From the NCBI GenBank assembly GCA_950097015.1, contig CATNEN010000038.1, positions 16,120,001 to 16,184,000 on the forward strand: a DNA stretch of 64,000 nucleotides, read 5' to 3'. Under the pieces are notes generated by a model that saw only the letters and a list, made by a program, of their open reading frames with translations, was not told where the DNA came from and did not search any database. The position numbers were made by a program, and so were the translations under genes. Shown piece after piece: positions 1 to 14,279 of this stretch. The DNA is from Macrostomum hystrix (lineage: Eukaryota > Animalia > Platyhelminthes). The stretch's first letter is position 1. The number at the start of each line of letters is the position of its first letter.

Positions 1-760
1 TGTCTTACTGACACCCTGAGGGTGTGTCTTACTGACACCCTGAGGATGTGTCTTACTGACACCCTGAGGATGTGTCTTACTGACACCCTGAGGATGTGTC
101 TTACTGACACCCTGAAGGATTTTATTATGAAAACTGAATTATGTTCTACTGACACCATGGGGGGACATATTATTGATGCTCTGACGGACGTCTTTACCTG
201 AAGGATATGCCTTATTACTCGTACACCTGAAGGATGTCTTAACCTGAAGGATATGCCTTATTACACCTGAAGGATGTCTTAACCTGAAGGATATGCCTTA
301 TTACACCTGAAGGATGTCTTAACCTGAAGGATATGCCTTATTACACCTGAAGGATGTCTTAACCTGAAGGATATGCCTTATTACACCTGAAGGATGTCTT
401 AACCTGAAGGATATGCCTTATTACACCTGAAGGATGTCTTAACCTGAAGGATATGCCTTATTACACCTGAAGGATGTCTTAACCTGAAGGATATGCCTTA
501 TTACACCTGAAGGATGTCTTAACCTGAAGGATATGCCTTATTACACCTGAAGGATGTCTTAACCTGAAGGATATGCCTTATTACACCTAAAGGATGTCTT
601 AACCTGAAGGATATGCCTTATTACACCTGAAGGATGTCTTAACCTGAAGGATATGCCTTATTACACCTGAAGGATGTCTTAACCTGAAGGATATGCCTTA
701 TTACACCTAAAGGATGTCTTAACCTGAAGGATATGCCTTATTACACCTGAAGGATATCTT
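1..760. repeat. Compound minisatellite: 24-bp unit (1-116), then 40-bp unit (about 195-760)
   Basis: Units TGTCTTACTGACACCCTGAGGATG and ACCTGAAGGATATGCCTTATTACACCTGAAGGATGTCTTA read directly. Confidence 0.95.
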
Positions 761-1789
761 ACTACTACACTGATGAATGTCCTTCCGTCTCAAAGCAAGA
801 GTATAATATTAACTGCATCAACAATGCACATTTCGCAATGGCAGGCAAATTTGTCCAAATCAGAAATAAAAGATAAAAGGAGGCCCAGCTTTATTAATCA
901 GGAAATTATTCGGCAGAATGAGCAACAAGCGCGGGCAATGCAAAAGACATGATCGGTGAAAAATAGTCAGAGTGTAAAGCTGGTTCGGCCTATACTCAAA
1001 GTGGATTGTGAGTCGCATGCTCAAACATCAAAAGGAGATGCCGGGCTAGCTGTTTGAGCAGTCCACGCGTGAGTGCTTTGTCATCATTTTTTTGTTCTCA
1101 AAAAACCGAAGCAAAATTCCTCTATGATCCGTTGTTCTGTTATTCTTTCTCAGTGTGTTAGGTTTTTTATTTTTGAGCACAGAAAAGGGGCCTATACTGC
1201 CGCTACCGACGCCGCCGCAGCCCTCTTCAATGTCCAGTGAATTGGGAGAATCGCATCTTATGATATTTAGGCCCGTATATATATATAAATGGAAGTTTGA
1301 AATCCAATAGCTGCATGATGCGTGAGTGAGCGTGTGCTCAAAAGATTCTATCCATTTAGCCTCCAGGTAAAAATGGGTGTGTAGCACAGGCCTCACAGGT
1401 GTGGCATCGTATATATTCAGTCTGTATAAGGGCGAAAAATGAGCGGAATTTCCTGTAGTTTGTGATATTTTCGTCGCCTTGAGGAATTGTCAGTCAAAGA
1501 TCGCGATCGAGAAAGTCTTGTCTCTGTTTTTTTCTCTTGGACCAGATTAACGCAATGGGACATAAATTAGGGGTAATCTCTAGAGCCGCTGCTTTATGTC
1601 TTCTGTAAGTTCTCCTGTTCTCCTACATGGCTGAAACAAAGCCATCAGCTTCCGTGACATCTTCTAACTTTCTGAGCATCAGCCCTGGGGGATATTGTGG
1701 CCTGACAGCAATTCCCGTGTAAAATGCCAGTCTTGATTCGTTATAGATGAAGCAAATCTGAGACTTAGAATAGATAGTCTGAATAAAGC

Positions 1790-3180
1790 CAGAAGTAGAG
1801 CCTGAATAGATCCTGAATAGATCCTGAATAGATCATGAATAGATCCTGAATAGAGCCTGAATAGATCCTGAATAGATCCTGAATAGAGCCTGAATAGATC
1901 CTGAATAGATCCTGAATAGATCATGAATAGATCCTGAATAGAGCCTGAATAGATCCTGAATAGATCCTGAATAGAGCCTGAATAGAGCCTGAATAGAGCC
2001 TGAAAAGATCCTGAATAGAGCCTGAATAGATCCTGAATAGATCCTGAATAGATCATGAATAGATCCTGAATAGAGCCTGAATAGATCCTGAATAGATCCT
2101 GAATAGAGCCTGAATAGATCCTGAATAGATCCTGAATAGATCATGAATAGATCCTGAATAGAGCCTGAATAGATCCTGAATAGATCCTGAATAGAGCCTG
2201 AATAGAGCCTGAATAGAGCCTGAAAAGATCCTGAATAGAGCCTGAATAGATCCTGAATAGAGCCTGAAGTAAAGCATAAATAAAGCCTGAATAGATCCTG
2301 AATAGAGGATGAATAGAGCATGAATAGAGCATGAATAGAGCCTGAATAGAGAGAGAGCATGAATAGAGCCTGAAGTAGAGCCCAGAGTAGAGCCTGAAGT
2401 AGAGTCTGAAAAAAGCATGGAGAAGAGCTTGAAAAGAGCCTGAAGTAGAGCCTGAATTGAGCCTGAAGTAGAGCCTGAAGTAGAGCTTGAAGTAGAGCCT
2501 GAAGTAGAGCCTAAATTGAGCTTGAAGTAGAGCCTGAAGTAGAGCCTAAATTGAGCCTGAAGTAGAGCCTGAAGTAGAGCTTGAAGTAGAGCTTGAAGTA
2601 GAGCCTGAATTGAGCCCAGAGTAGAGCCTGAAGTAGAGTCTGAATAAAGCATGGAGAAGAGCTTGAAAAGAGCCTGAAGTAGAGCCTGAATTGAGCCTGA
2701 AGTAGAGCCTGAAGTAGAGCTTGAAGTAGAGCTTGAAGTAGAGCCTGAATTGAGCCCAGAGTAGAGCCTGAAGTAGAGTCTGAATAAAGCATGGAGAAGA
2801 GCTTGAAAAGAGCCTGAAGTAGAGCCTGAAGTAGAGCTTGAAGTAGAGCCTGAATTGAGCCCAGAGTAGAGCCTGAAGTAGAGTCTGAATAAAGCATGGA
2901 GAAGAGCTTGAAAAGAGCCTGAAGTAGAGCCTGAATTGAGCCTGAAGTAGAGCCTGAAGTAGAGCTTGAAGTAGAGCCTGAATTGAGCCTGAAGTAGAGC
3001 CTGAAGTAGAGCTTGAAGTAGAACCCGAAGTAGAGCCTGAATAGAGCATGAAGTAGAGCCTGAAAAGAGCCTGAAGTAGAGCCTGAATTGAGCCTGAAGT
3101 ATTGAACTTAAATGGAGCCTGAATGGAGCCTGAAGTAGAGCCTGAAGTAGAGCCTGAAGTAGAGCCTGACTAGAGGCTGA
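1790..3180. repeat. Minisatellite, 11-bp GAATAGA(T/G)CCT grading into 12-bp GAAGTAGAGCCT, with higher-order blocks
   Basis: Direct periodicity; accounts for all the low-complexity minus-strand ORFs here. Confidence 0.95.
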
Positions 3181-4164
3181 ATATAGTTGCTCATTGAGTT
3201 GAAATTCGCCTGAAGCAATTACGAGAATCTGACGCCAATCGGGTCACTCTAAAACTTTCGCCTTATAAATTCGTATACAAGCGAAGACTTCATTATAAGA
3301 GACTCGCGCAATGGCAGCAGCTTGGCTGCTCAGCGAGGGGTCAAACTTTCTCTCTCTAAGAAAGCATAAAGGAATCTTAACCTCCCCGCATGCCCTGCCG
3401 TGAGGTCCAAACGAGTTTGCCCGACAAATAAACCCAATAGAGAAGCCGCAGCGGGTGGCCGCCGTCCTTTAATAATTTCTACCGAGCTGTCGGCCCAAAA
3501 TTCAAGACAAGGATACTGCAGTGGAAATGTATTCACGCGGCGAATATAGATGACAGATGTTGCCACAGAACCCCTCTTAAGGGGGGCCTATATTCGCCTA
3601 AAGCACTTGGAAGTCGTCACTCTCAACATGATAGCTCGGGGGATCCTATTCAGGTAGCAACCGGGGGGATTTCAAACCACTTCAAAACATGCCGCCTATA
3701 TACGAGTATAAGATTCGGTTCACACAGCACCACTCCGCAGGGTGTCCCATGCAGTTATATACGCCACTTGATTGAAGAACCATTCCTATAGCATTGCGGA
3801 GACCATTATACTCGTACATTTTTGCGCCCTACAACAAATGGTCAATCTGTTTTTCAACTTCTCAAGTGTTCTTCGTCACTTCGCTGCAGCTTCGCCGTGT
3901 GATTTTCATCGTTTTACTTATTGGTTCTATTTGCTCAAAATCAGTTGAGTAGGCCTAGTGTTTGAGCATAGAAGCTGATGCAATTAAAAATATTGGACAC
4001 TATACTCGGATTATTCGATGGCTGATCATTTTATTAATCAGTTGATCGATGTATTGATTGATCGCTTGATTGAAGAGTTGATCAGTGGACTCTACATTTG
4101 TTCAGTTAAATGTCTATTCAGTGCATTCTGAGACTGTAAAGATATATTGTCTATTTTATCCATA

Positions 4165-4960
4165 TTTGAGACTTGTACAACTAGCTGCATGTACAATCTG
4201 TGTATTCTGAGACTGTGTACAACTAGCTGCATGTACAATCTGTGTATTCTGAGACTGTGTTCAACTAGCTGCATGTACAATCTGTGTATTCTGAGACTGT
4301 GTTCAACTAGCTGCATGTACAATCTGTGTATTCTGAGACTGTGTTCAACTAGCTGCATGTACAATCTGTGTATTCTGAGACTGTGTTCAACTAGCTGCAT
4401 GTACAATCTGTGTATTCTGAGACTGTGTTCAACTAGCTGCATGTACAATCTGTGTATTCTGAGACTGTGTACAACTAGCTGCATGTACAATCTGTGCATT
4501 CTGAGACTGTGTACAACTAGCTGCATGTACAATCTGTGTATTCTGAGACTGTGTACAACTAGCTGCATGTACAATCTGTGTATTCTGAGACTGTGTACAA
4601 CTAGCTGCATGTACAATCTGTGTATTCTGAGACTGTGTTCAACTAGCTGCATGTACAATCTGTGTATTCTGAGACTGTGTACAACTAGCTGCATGTACAA
4701 TCTGTGTATTCTGAGACTGTGTTCAACTAGCTGCATGTACAATCTGTGTATTCTGAGACTGTGTACAACTAGCTGCATGCACAATCTGTGTATTCTGAGA
4801 CTGTGTACAACTAGCCGCATGCACAATCTGTGTATTCTGAGACTGTGTACAACTAGCTGCATGTGTACAATCTGTGTATTCTGAGACTGTGTACAACTAG
4901 CTGCATGTACAATCTGTGTATTCTGAGACTGTGTACAACTAGCTGCATGTACAATCTGTG
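4165..4960. repeat. 42-bp minisatellite next to the LIM exon donor
   Basis: Unit TGTACAACTAGCTGCATGTACAATCTGTGTATTCTGAGACTG, about 19 copies. Confidence 0.95.
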
Positions 4961-4994
4961 CAAAGATGGACGATCTAGTTCGACTGTGTCTCAC

Positions 4995-5278
4995 CGGGCG
5001 TAGTCCTGCTTGCAGTACACAAGGCCGTGTTTGCTGTAGCACGTGACCTCCTGAGCCAGTGGAGTCTGGCAGGCAGCGCAGCGCAGGCATTCAGCGTGCC
5101 AATAGGAGCTGTCCCCGGTCTGAAGGAAGTAACGCTCGTTGATGCCTTTACCGCAGGCTGTGCAGCGATGATGCTGCGATTGTAGCTGCTGAACCGCGCA
5201 ACAGTCGTCCAGACCATTGTTGCCAGCTGGGCTGAGCACCTGTTGATGATCTTCATTGGTGCCCAAGATGGTGAACAT
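4995..5278 (-). CDS. First LIM-domain exon of a LIM-homeobox gene, most like Lhx2/9 (apterous); downstream exons not found in the window
   Basis: CTACGKGINERYFLQTGDSSYWHAECLRCAACQTPLAQEVTCYSKHGLVYCKQDYAR is a complete LIM domain. It ends at a phase-2 GTGAGA donor (4994). EVTCYSK..VYCKQDY resembles Lhx2/9 LIM1. ATG at 5278 (the ORF-track start at 5341 is TTG). Confidence 0.8.
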
Positions 5279-7315
5279 TGTGTGTAAATATACAGCTAAA
5301 TATAATATAATATTCAGCTGTGATTTATAACAAGTCTCCAATCTTCTGCTTCAGTTTGCAACTGGGGCCCGTTTTCTGATCACCAAATGCGGTTATAGTT
5401 GGCCCTGATAGCTGTATACCCACCCAGACGCCACCCACCCCACCGTTCCATGTTCAGTTGGCGAGCGGTTGTTTCAGCCAATAGCGTTGGAGCCGCAGCT
5501 AGACGATCTTGACAAGTTTTGCAATGCCATGGCTAATTGTCGGATTTAAAAGCGGCAGCTCATTGGCCAATAGGAGATAAACGAGTGAGAATGCCTATGC
5601 AGTAGTATCTAGGTGAAGCAAAGCAACATGGGCATTTCATATATTCTGACCAGTCTAGATCGAATGATTATAAAATCTTACATACTTCCATCTCTACTGC
5701 TTCAATCTCTACTGCTTCCATCTTCTCTGCTTCCATGCATCTTCTCTGCTTCCACTCTCCCCTGCTTCCACTTTTTCCATCTGTCAAGCTTCCACTCACC
5801 CCTATACTTCCATAATGTCTCCTGCTTCGGCTATATAGCCCTACATAAAGCTTTTTAATGCTTTCAGCTTGGTTTCAGCTTGGTTTGCTCCTTAATGCTC
5901 GCACTACTGATCAATACATATAGTAGTGTAGTGCGCTCATGTGTACAGTTTGAGGTAATAAAAACTCTAAAGGCATTTTAAAAGTCGAAAAAATATATGC
6001 TGAATATGCATGTTAAGGGTTACAAAAATTGACATTTTATTTTTTAAGAGGTTGATATTTTACTTACCGACGAATATGCTCTAAAGACGTCAGACTGAAT
6101 TCGCAAAAACCATACTTGTATGTCAGCCAGAAGCTCAGACAGGGGTCCATTGTGTCGCAGGGTCTCCCGGAACGATCGATGCACGATAAACAAATCAAAA
6201 GCATTATCGAATGGATTAACATGCTCATAAGAAATATAACCACGTGAACAAATTACATGCCCTTTACGCATATTATCATATTTTCCATTGAACTGCAAAG
6301 ATGGATTCAGCAAAAAATAAAAACATTAAAAAAATAAAACCGCGTTGGGAGGTTCCAAGTCTTTCAATTTACTTTACGCTCGTAAAAGATAGACCACGCA
6401 TTACAACTAGTGGTATGTTGTAAAATTAGAATTCCTTAAAAAAGCGAGTCGCAGTTGTTGATAACAGAAGCGTAAAAATTCTGTTCGAAGAACGGTTTTT
6501 ATGTTAAAACGACGTTAAATTATAACAAATAGTTTGATTCGTACACATTTATATTCGTTAGTATTGCGTTTAGGTAAAATTTACGTTATGAAATAAAGTA
6601 TACTAACTAAATGTTTATTCTTTTTTTAATCTTTTGCTCTTTTAGTGTTGTTATGTTCTAAGTTAAGCCTTTAAACAAAGAAAAGCAAATCGATATTTTC
6701 CTTTTTAATATCAACTTGCCATTATTACTAATTAAAAAATTAAAATAACATTCAGTTTTCGAGTAGATAAAAAACGCAACACGCTGACAAAACTGCAGCA
6801 ATATGTATTAATGCATATTGGCTCCTAATTAAGGAAAGGCAGACTTTTTTTGAGACATTTGCTATGTGTGAATAAAAAATAGAAGATAGAATATCACTTT
6901 ATTGGTTTTAACTTTACAATAGCAATAGCCATATTACATTTGATTTGTTTTTGATTTGTGCTTTTTTAAATCCAATCTTGAGATATAATACAGTCATTGA
7001 GGTCTTATTGTTTTTATGATTAATAAGCCATCGCTAGAGACTTCTTTGTTCATTGTCAATAATATATGTATTGTATCTGCATATCCTTTTTTGTGTGGTG
7101 TTTAATATTTGCTTTTTAGTTTAATAAGCAAAGTTGAGACACACTGATGCAGTCAGAATGAATAATTTTTCCGGTTTAGTGTTACTTTGTATTAAATTAT
7201 GAAATAAAACATATGTTATACAGATTTCTGAACACAGTTAATGCCAAAGGACAATTGATATTTAACAAAACAAGCCTTATACGAAAATTTCAGCAGCAGT
7301 TTTAATCCAGCAATC

Positions 7316-10300
7316 ATGCCAATAGCGGACAGTCAGCAGCAACAGCAGCACGTGCTCTATGGAGACGAGTATGTGTCTAGCGAGCTACTATCCGAGTACC
7401 AAACTCTTCAACGCCAGTATAAAATTCTCCAATCCGATCGTCGCCTGCACTCTCAGGAGACGGCAGAAATTTCTCGTCGCCAGTCCGCCGACCTGCGTCG
7501 CCTAGAGGAAGAGAACTCTGAATTGCGCAGCAACCTGAAGGCCGCCCGCAGCCGCTCGGCTAAACGCGAGCGCCAATCGGAGACCCAGCACCTGCGCGAG
7601 CTGCTAGCCGAGCTGGATTCTATGGAGGATGAAATTCGCCGAGTGCGTGAGGACCATATGCAGCTGGACTCGCGGATCAGGGAGGCCAGGAAGCGAGTTC
7701 GCCGCACCCGAATAGCCGGCGGTGGCGTCGGGACTGCGGCCGGGGCCGTGCGCTCACTGCAGGTAAAGAAATTGACGGGTCTCAGTGGCGTCGAACTTTT
7801 CTTAGGTTGCTCCACTTATGCGAGATGTTCTAGAATGACTGTAATAGTAGTCCAAGTGTTCTACTGTTTCCATGGATGTTCTACTGTTTCCATGGATGTT
7901 CTACTGTTTCCATGGATGTTCTACTGTTTCCATGGATGTTCTACTGTTTCCATGGATGTTCTACTGTTTCCATGAGTGTTATAATAATGTTCCAATGAGT
8001 GTTCTACTGTTCTCATGAGAGTTCTACTGTTCTCACGAGTGTTCTACTGCTCTCACGAGTGTTCTACAGTTCTCATGAGTGTTTTACCTGTTCTCATGAG
8101 TGTTCTACTGTTCTCATGAGTGTTCTACTGTTCTCATGAGTGTTCTACGGTTCTCATGAGTGTTCTACTGTTCTCATGAGTGTTCTACTGTTCTCATGAG
8201 TGTTCTACTGTTCTCATGAGTGTTCTACTGTTCTCATGAGTGTTCTACGGTTCTCATGAGTGTTCTACTGTTCTCATGAGTGTTCTGCGGTTCTCATGAG
8301 TATTCTACTGTTCTCATGAGTGTTCTACCTGTTCTCATGAGTGTTCTACGGTTCTCATGAGTGTTCTACGGTTCTCATGAGTGTTCTACGGTTCTCATGA
8401 GTATTCTACTGTTCTCATGAGTGTTCTACGGTTCTCATGAGTGTTCTACTGCTCTCACGAGTGTTCTACAGTTCTCATGAGTGTTCTACGGTTCTCATGA
8501 GTGTTCTACTGTTCTCATGAGTGTTCTGCGGTTCTCATGAGTATTCTACTGTTCTCATGAGTGTTCTACCTGTTCTCATGAGTGTTCTACGGTTCTCATG
8601 AGTGTTCTACGGTTCTCATGAGTGTTCTACGGTTCTCATGAGTATTCTACTGTTCTCATGAGTGTTCTACGGTTCGCATGAGTATTCTACTGTTCTCATG
8701 AGTGTTCTACGGTTCTCATGAGTGTTCTAGTAGTCCAACAAGATCCCCATTCGCCGTGCAATCCAGGAGACCATAGTTCTGTACGAAAAGAAGCTGGAGA
8801 GTCGCAGTGTCAAATACCAGACGGTGGTTTGGGACAATGCCAAACTGCGCGAGTCGTTGGATCATCTGCGCGCCGATCGGCAAAAGTTTCTGGCCGTCCG
8901 GGAACGCCTTCAAGCCGAACTGCTGCGACTGCAGAAGCGTCGGGCCCAGCTGACGGAATCGGCCACGGAAGCCTATCGAGACAGCGAAGACGCTCGGCGT
9001 CGAATCAGGGAGCTACAGGACAGAGAGACTGCGAACGCTGCAGAGCATGCTCAGAGGGTAAGCTGGGTTTTCTCCATTCAAAATCAACAGTAGACAGAGC
9101 GCGGATATTTCAAATACCCATCTTTTTTTCTGCATCTTCCAAAATATTCAACCAATTGCCTTAAAAATCCGGAACTAGGGCTAAAATTTTCCACTCTATG
9201 CTATATAAAACACCAGATACCAGAATCAAAAAAGCGGTAAAGAAATCAGCATCGTTGTGATATTCACCTTAACGATTCTCGTCGGGTGTCTGACGAGCTA
9301 TAGGCGGCATCATTTTTCTGCTCGAAAAATCTCATCATCTAACCATGCCGGATATCAACCATCTTTGATTACTTCATCGTAAGGGTGGAACATTTTGATT
9401 CAGATGGTGGACTTTGACGAAAATCGGTCATTTGGTTTCGGAGCTATCGGGAAGTAGGCAGTGCGTATTTGAAATATCCCCGTTATTTTCCCCAGGGGAA
9501 AAATAGCGTTGTCTTTATATTGTTAAAATACGTTTAAAAATTCACTGGTTGAAGCTGTGTTCTGAAGAGGTGTAAGTAACACGAAAACATTGCGTTTTCC
9601 TTTACTAGGTCATTTTTTCAAAGCTGATGGATTTAAACCCTTAGCAACTAAGAAACGGTGCTGATTGACAAATCTGAAAATTTGGGACCTTCTGTCTGCC
9701 AATTTTAGAGACGTGGCGAGTTGACTCTTGTTTCAGAAGCTGAACAGTGTACAATGTTGTGACGTCATTGAATTAGCGAGGTTTAACAGAAAGAAACTTC
9801 CAAATTATTAAGTACAATCTCCAAGGCATTTATGAGTAACACAGCATTCAAAGGACATCAAGTTATTCATCCTAACGTCAGACACACAATAAAAAGACAA
9901 TTTGAGCCTCGTCGACGTCTTGCAATCTGCGAAAAAAACTTTCCAGGTGAAACTGCTCTACCGCGAAATCGACCTACACGATCATGTCGGCAGTTTCATG
10001 CGCGCCAAGCTGCAGCACCGCCAGACGGACCCGGAGCTGCGCCGGCTGCGCGAGGAGCTCCAGCGTCGTCAGGCGGATGAACGCCGACAGGCGGACGCCA
10101 ACGATGACTCGCTGCGACAGTCGTTCGACATCATGCGCCGACGCTACGCAGCCGTCGATCTAGACGACATGGTGCGGCATTTTTTGCACGCCGAGGACGA
10201 AAATTTCTCATTGTTCAGATTCTGCACAGCCAGACAGGTGAGGGACAGGTGTTCAGAATAGTTCTTGTATCAAGCTCAGAAGTTAATAAATATTAAATTC

Positions 10301-10939
10301 ACACAATTCCTCCGTTTTCCAAAGGCCGAAGTTGAATCTCTGCGTCGCGAAGTCGAGCAGCTCATTGACGCTATTCACGACGAACGCCAGCAGGATGGCA
10401 ATCGAGCAGCCAGTCGCTCCGAGCTTCTGGCTGACCTCGCTGGCAGGGTCGCCGAGGTCAAGGCTGATCGACTTCGTCGAGCCGATCGACTTTGTGTTGT
10501 CAACGGCCTGCTGGATCAGCTAGTCGAAGATGTGGCCAAGTTGTCCAGCCGCATCGGCGTCGACGATTCCAGGATCGGGGGCTCCGGGTTCTCGATCGGC
10601 TCACCGAAAAACAGCCTGCTACGGGCGCTAGGCTCGCTAGAGGCCCGCGTGCTGGAGCTGCTGGCCGTGCGACATCGTCTGCTTGGCGACAATTTTCACG
10701 AAGCTGCCACAGCGGATCGGTCGGGCGCATCGGGCATCGGTAGCAGGCAACGAACGCGTCGAGGCACCGAGTTGCCTGGTGGTGCTGTCGGCGGCAGCTC
10801 CGGATCTCTGGCTCTGCGCCTGCCCGAAGTTGACGAGTTCGATGTCGAAATTCGAACAGCAGCCGATCGTTTGATGTCGGATCGGCCACTGACCAAAGAG
10901 CAGATTGTGGAGAAGCTGCTGAACCAGATTGCTCTGTGA
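7316..10939 (+). CDS. Outer dynein arm docking complex subunit (ODAD1/CCDC114-CCDC63 family); exons 7316-7762, 8767-9057, 9947-10237, 10325-10939
   Basis: Coiled-coil protein with family motifs NAKLRESLDHLRADR, IDLHDHVGSFMRAK and FLHAEDENFSLFRF; all four exons join in frame at GT-AG. Confidence 0.85.
7855..8730. repeat. 20-bp minisatellite filling ODAD1-like intron 1
   Basis: GTTCTACTGTTTCCATGGAT changing to GTTCTACTGTTCTCATGAGT. Confidence 0.95.
9103..9479. mobile_element. MITE, probably Tc1/mariner-type, in ODAD1-like intron 2
   Basis: Perfect 15-bp inverted repeat GGATATTTCAAATAC (9103-9117) / GTATTTGAAATATCC (9465-9479); no ORF inside. Confidence 0.6.
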
Positions 10940-12829
10940 GCGACAGCGATAAGTTGCTGATTTCGTTTTTTTGACGAACTTTCAACCCCATGCCACTCGA
11001 AACTCCTTTGATTTGGCAGTCGGTTTATTTCTTTTTAAAGTCCGATAAAAGACATGCGCAATAATTAGCTTTCGTCGGTTTTATTTTACCTGTGTTTTTT
11101 ATCGTGCCAGAATTTTATGGCGCTTTTTAAAGTGCAATACTGAACCGTATTATATTATGCACTGCTTCCATCTAATCGTCAGGATTTTCTTTTTTACTTG
11201 ATTTGTTAAAAAAACGTAATGATTATTTTAATCGGTGATTAAACCTCAATTTAAAGCTTTTTAAAATTTTAAAGCGATTTTTGTCTTCCATTTAGAACTT
11301 TTTGCACTTTTGCACTTTTGCATGCACTTTAGATGTCAGGTCTACGTTCGTATGCTTCCAATTTTATATTCTTATATAGCTTTGCAGTCTATTCAAGTCA
11401 ATCGTACGTGTTCTGATTGTACAATAGTACAACCCAAGCTCGAGAGACTAAATAACAAAAACGATTTTGTGATGTTCGTGTGGGTATTCGTTTTATCTAA
11501 TAGCTCTTTCGAAAGCCGCCTGCCTGAAATTGTATATGCCACTAGTACATCAAATGTGCATGCGTATACACACTTAAATGTATTGAAAATAAAAAAATTG
11601 TAGCATCTTTTGATTTTTTAAAGCTTTTAAGATAAAACTGGTTTGTTGGCATCATTGATCGAGCAGTAAATGCAAAGAGAGCACATTTCAATTAATGAAA
11701 GGATCTGCTTTAACAAGACAAATGAACTGTTTGCTTTTACGAATATCGTGAATGCATGGAATAATTTTTAGTGAGTGATCACTAAAAGAAATAAAATTTT
11801 ACAAGCAGGTAGCCCAATTCGTAACTTTTGAGACTTAATTTGGGGTCGCAGCTTTAGAACTTAATGAACTGTCACCATTTTATTGTGAAAAGGGAAAAGT
11901 TTGTGGTGCCCGCCAGGGCGATTTGTCGTGAAAATCTGCACTTACATTTTTTTCTTGAAACGAAGTATCCCGTCCTTCTAGAACTAGTGGTCCTTTAGGT
12001 ACCACACCAACAAGTGTCTAAAAAGCGGGAGCTTTTTAGACAACAATCCTTAACTGTTTTGCAGCGTAAAAAAATACAGTCCTAAACATGTTGCCTACTG
12101 ACTTCATAAGTAAGCTGAGGACCTCTGTCTTGTTTATTTAATGGAAAACCTCTGCCCGAAGTCACTGAGCCGAAATAAGCCACAAAGTCTTGTTTTATTT
12201 TGCTTCAGAGAAATTGCAACTCGAGCGGCATTTTAATTTGAAGTTAACGGTTATTTCAATTTGAATAACAGCATTTTAATTAAGCTTAAAAGGTTAACAA
12301 CAGTATTTTTCGAAGCTGTTGAATAAAAAGCTAGATTTATTATCGAGTCGGTAGTTAAAGCAATGTTATTCTCAAAAATGACACTAAAATATTATATTGC
12401 TTTAAAGTTGGGCTTCTTTAACTGTAATCCTAGAAGTATGAAATACTTTAGGCTTTCCAATCAACTTCAAACTTCTATGTTATTAATCTTCTCTCTCTTC
12501 TACAAAGACAGTGGGTTGTTGACTGACTAGGCCTATCTTTATAAGTTTGTAGCTTGCCTGCCTGTTGGCTGTAAAGGCCCCTATGTTATTAGTAAAAGTT
12601 TGCTTATTAGTTATAGTTTTTATGAAAAAGAAAATTTAAACTAGTCTTCGTTTACCTTCTTTTACTAACAATAAGTGCTTTAATGCAAGAATGTATTTGT
12701 TGCTGTCATTAGTCAACATCCTCATGGTTACTGATTCAATCATTTTTTGAATGCCTACAAAAAGTCTTTAGGTTGTTAGGCTCGCTCTATAATAAATGGC
12801 AGTGCTTATTCCCATAGTCCCGTGCCAAT

Positions 12830-13010
12830 AATTTCAATTTTATCCACACGGATCCATGCCGATAGTTATATGCTTATCCACATGGCAGCTTGTATGAATA
12901 GGTATGTCTACAACTCTTTATATATGCCATGCTGTTAATTTCAATTTTATCCACACAGATCTGTGACAATAAGGGTGTAATTTCAATTTTATCTGCATGG
13001 ACTTGTTCCA
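12830..13010. repeat. Dispersed repeat; inverted copy at about 39975-40065
   Basis: GGCAGCTTGTATGAATAGGT..TCTACAACTCTTTAT..ATTTCAATTTTATCCACAC matches the reverse complement of 39975-40065; the ATTTCAATTTTATC submotif occurs three times. Confidence 0.75.
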
Positions 13011-14279
13011 ATAAGCTCCCATTTAGTTTGACACGTAGATTGATATGTGACGTTAATATGAAGTTGTGAACAATGCACTTAATTACTTTTGTGACAGAAT
13101 TTATTATCATAGGTCAATTTGTAACTCAAGGAGTTTGCTGTGAGCAGAACAGAAAAAGGAAGTGACATTCTAAAACAAATTCTTGGCCAGGGGCAAGCTC
13201 GCATTTTAACAATGAATAAAAATATTAATGATACAATTTTAAATTTTAAACTAAATATAGTTTCATTTTGACCAAAGGCAAAGATATGATCAATCGTAAA
13301 ACAGATAAAGTGTATATAAAGAAAAAGTGTGGAACTAGTTAACATGCTTTGGTTGAGTTTCTGTAACCGAATTTAACTAGCCTACATTATTCAAAATTTA
13401 GTGTTTGCATTGCTTGTAGTTAAAAGAGGCCCTTGTTGTTACTACTTGTTAGTACATTACCACCCATATTGGTAAGGACTAGTGTCTTATTATCATTTTG
13501 TTACCAGCCCTTGGTAATAAGAAAAGTTGGGCCTAACCTAGCAAAAAAGTAACAATCCTCACTGAATTGGTAATTAGTAGCTATGTGAGTAACGTGCACA
13601 ACAATGATAGACAGACATGAGACTACATATATAGTGTGGATGTGGTTGTGGTGACTATAGTGTCAATATATGTAAGTAGTTTAGCAACAAAAATGGTGTA
13701 GCATTTGAACAGTATAAAATAAGGTTATTTATTTTTGTTACACTGAGAGATAGAGATAAGCCTAGAAAAAAATCAGATTTTTATCTATATTTTCTTTATC
13801 ATAACATAGGCCTGCAACTATATTTTGTTCCAACTTAGTTTTATCTAAGCCAACTGAATTGTAGTTTGTTTTAGTTTAGCTACCCTATAATTTATATTGA
13901 TTATCATTTATCATTGACATTGGTGTCTAGCAAGTTGGAGTTCAACAAGAAACAACTTAAACAAACAAGCACTCTAAATACTCTTAGCAATCCAATATTC
14001 AAGTCTAATTGGATAGTAGTGCAGCAATCTGATCCAAAATGTACCTGCAAGTTTAGGAATTTATTGGGCAATACAAATTCTCAGAAGACTAGATACCAAT
14101 TATCTACTTAAATATTGTATTGTATTGCACACTGTTTTATTTTCTTGTCTAACTTGCCAAGCCTAAAGAAAAAAATAAGTTCAAATAATGAGTAGGAATG
14201 CAGAAGATTGCAAATTTTCTACTAGGTAGCATATTAGTAACCTGCCTAAAAATCCAACTAGCTTTAAGCAGACAGTAAA

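Noticed and set aside
195-760. Regular repeats superficially like a CRISPR array (also 4165-4960 and 49966-50782)
   Set aside because: Head-to-tail units with no unique spacers, no cas genes, and a eukaryotic context.
1679-4960. Long ORFs on both strands (e.g. YSGSIQDLFR and CMYNLCILRL repeats); likewise those at 18222-19091, 19606-20010, 22728-23183, 26426-27120, 36346-37315, 42413-43633, 49758-50883 and 58345-58813
   Set aside because: They are translations of stop-free minisatellite units inside introns or spacers, open in several frames, with no splice or domain support.
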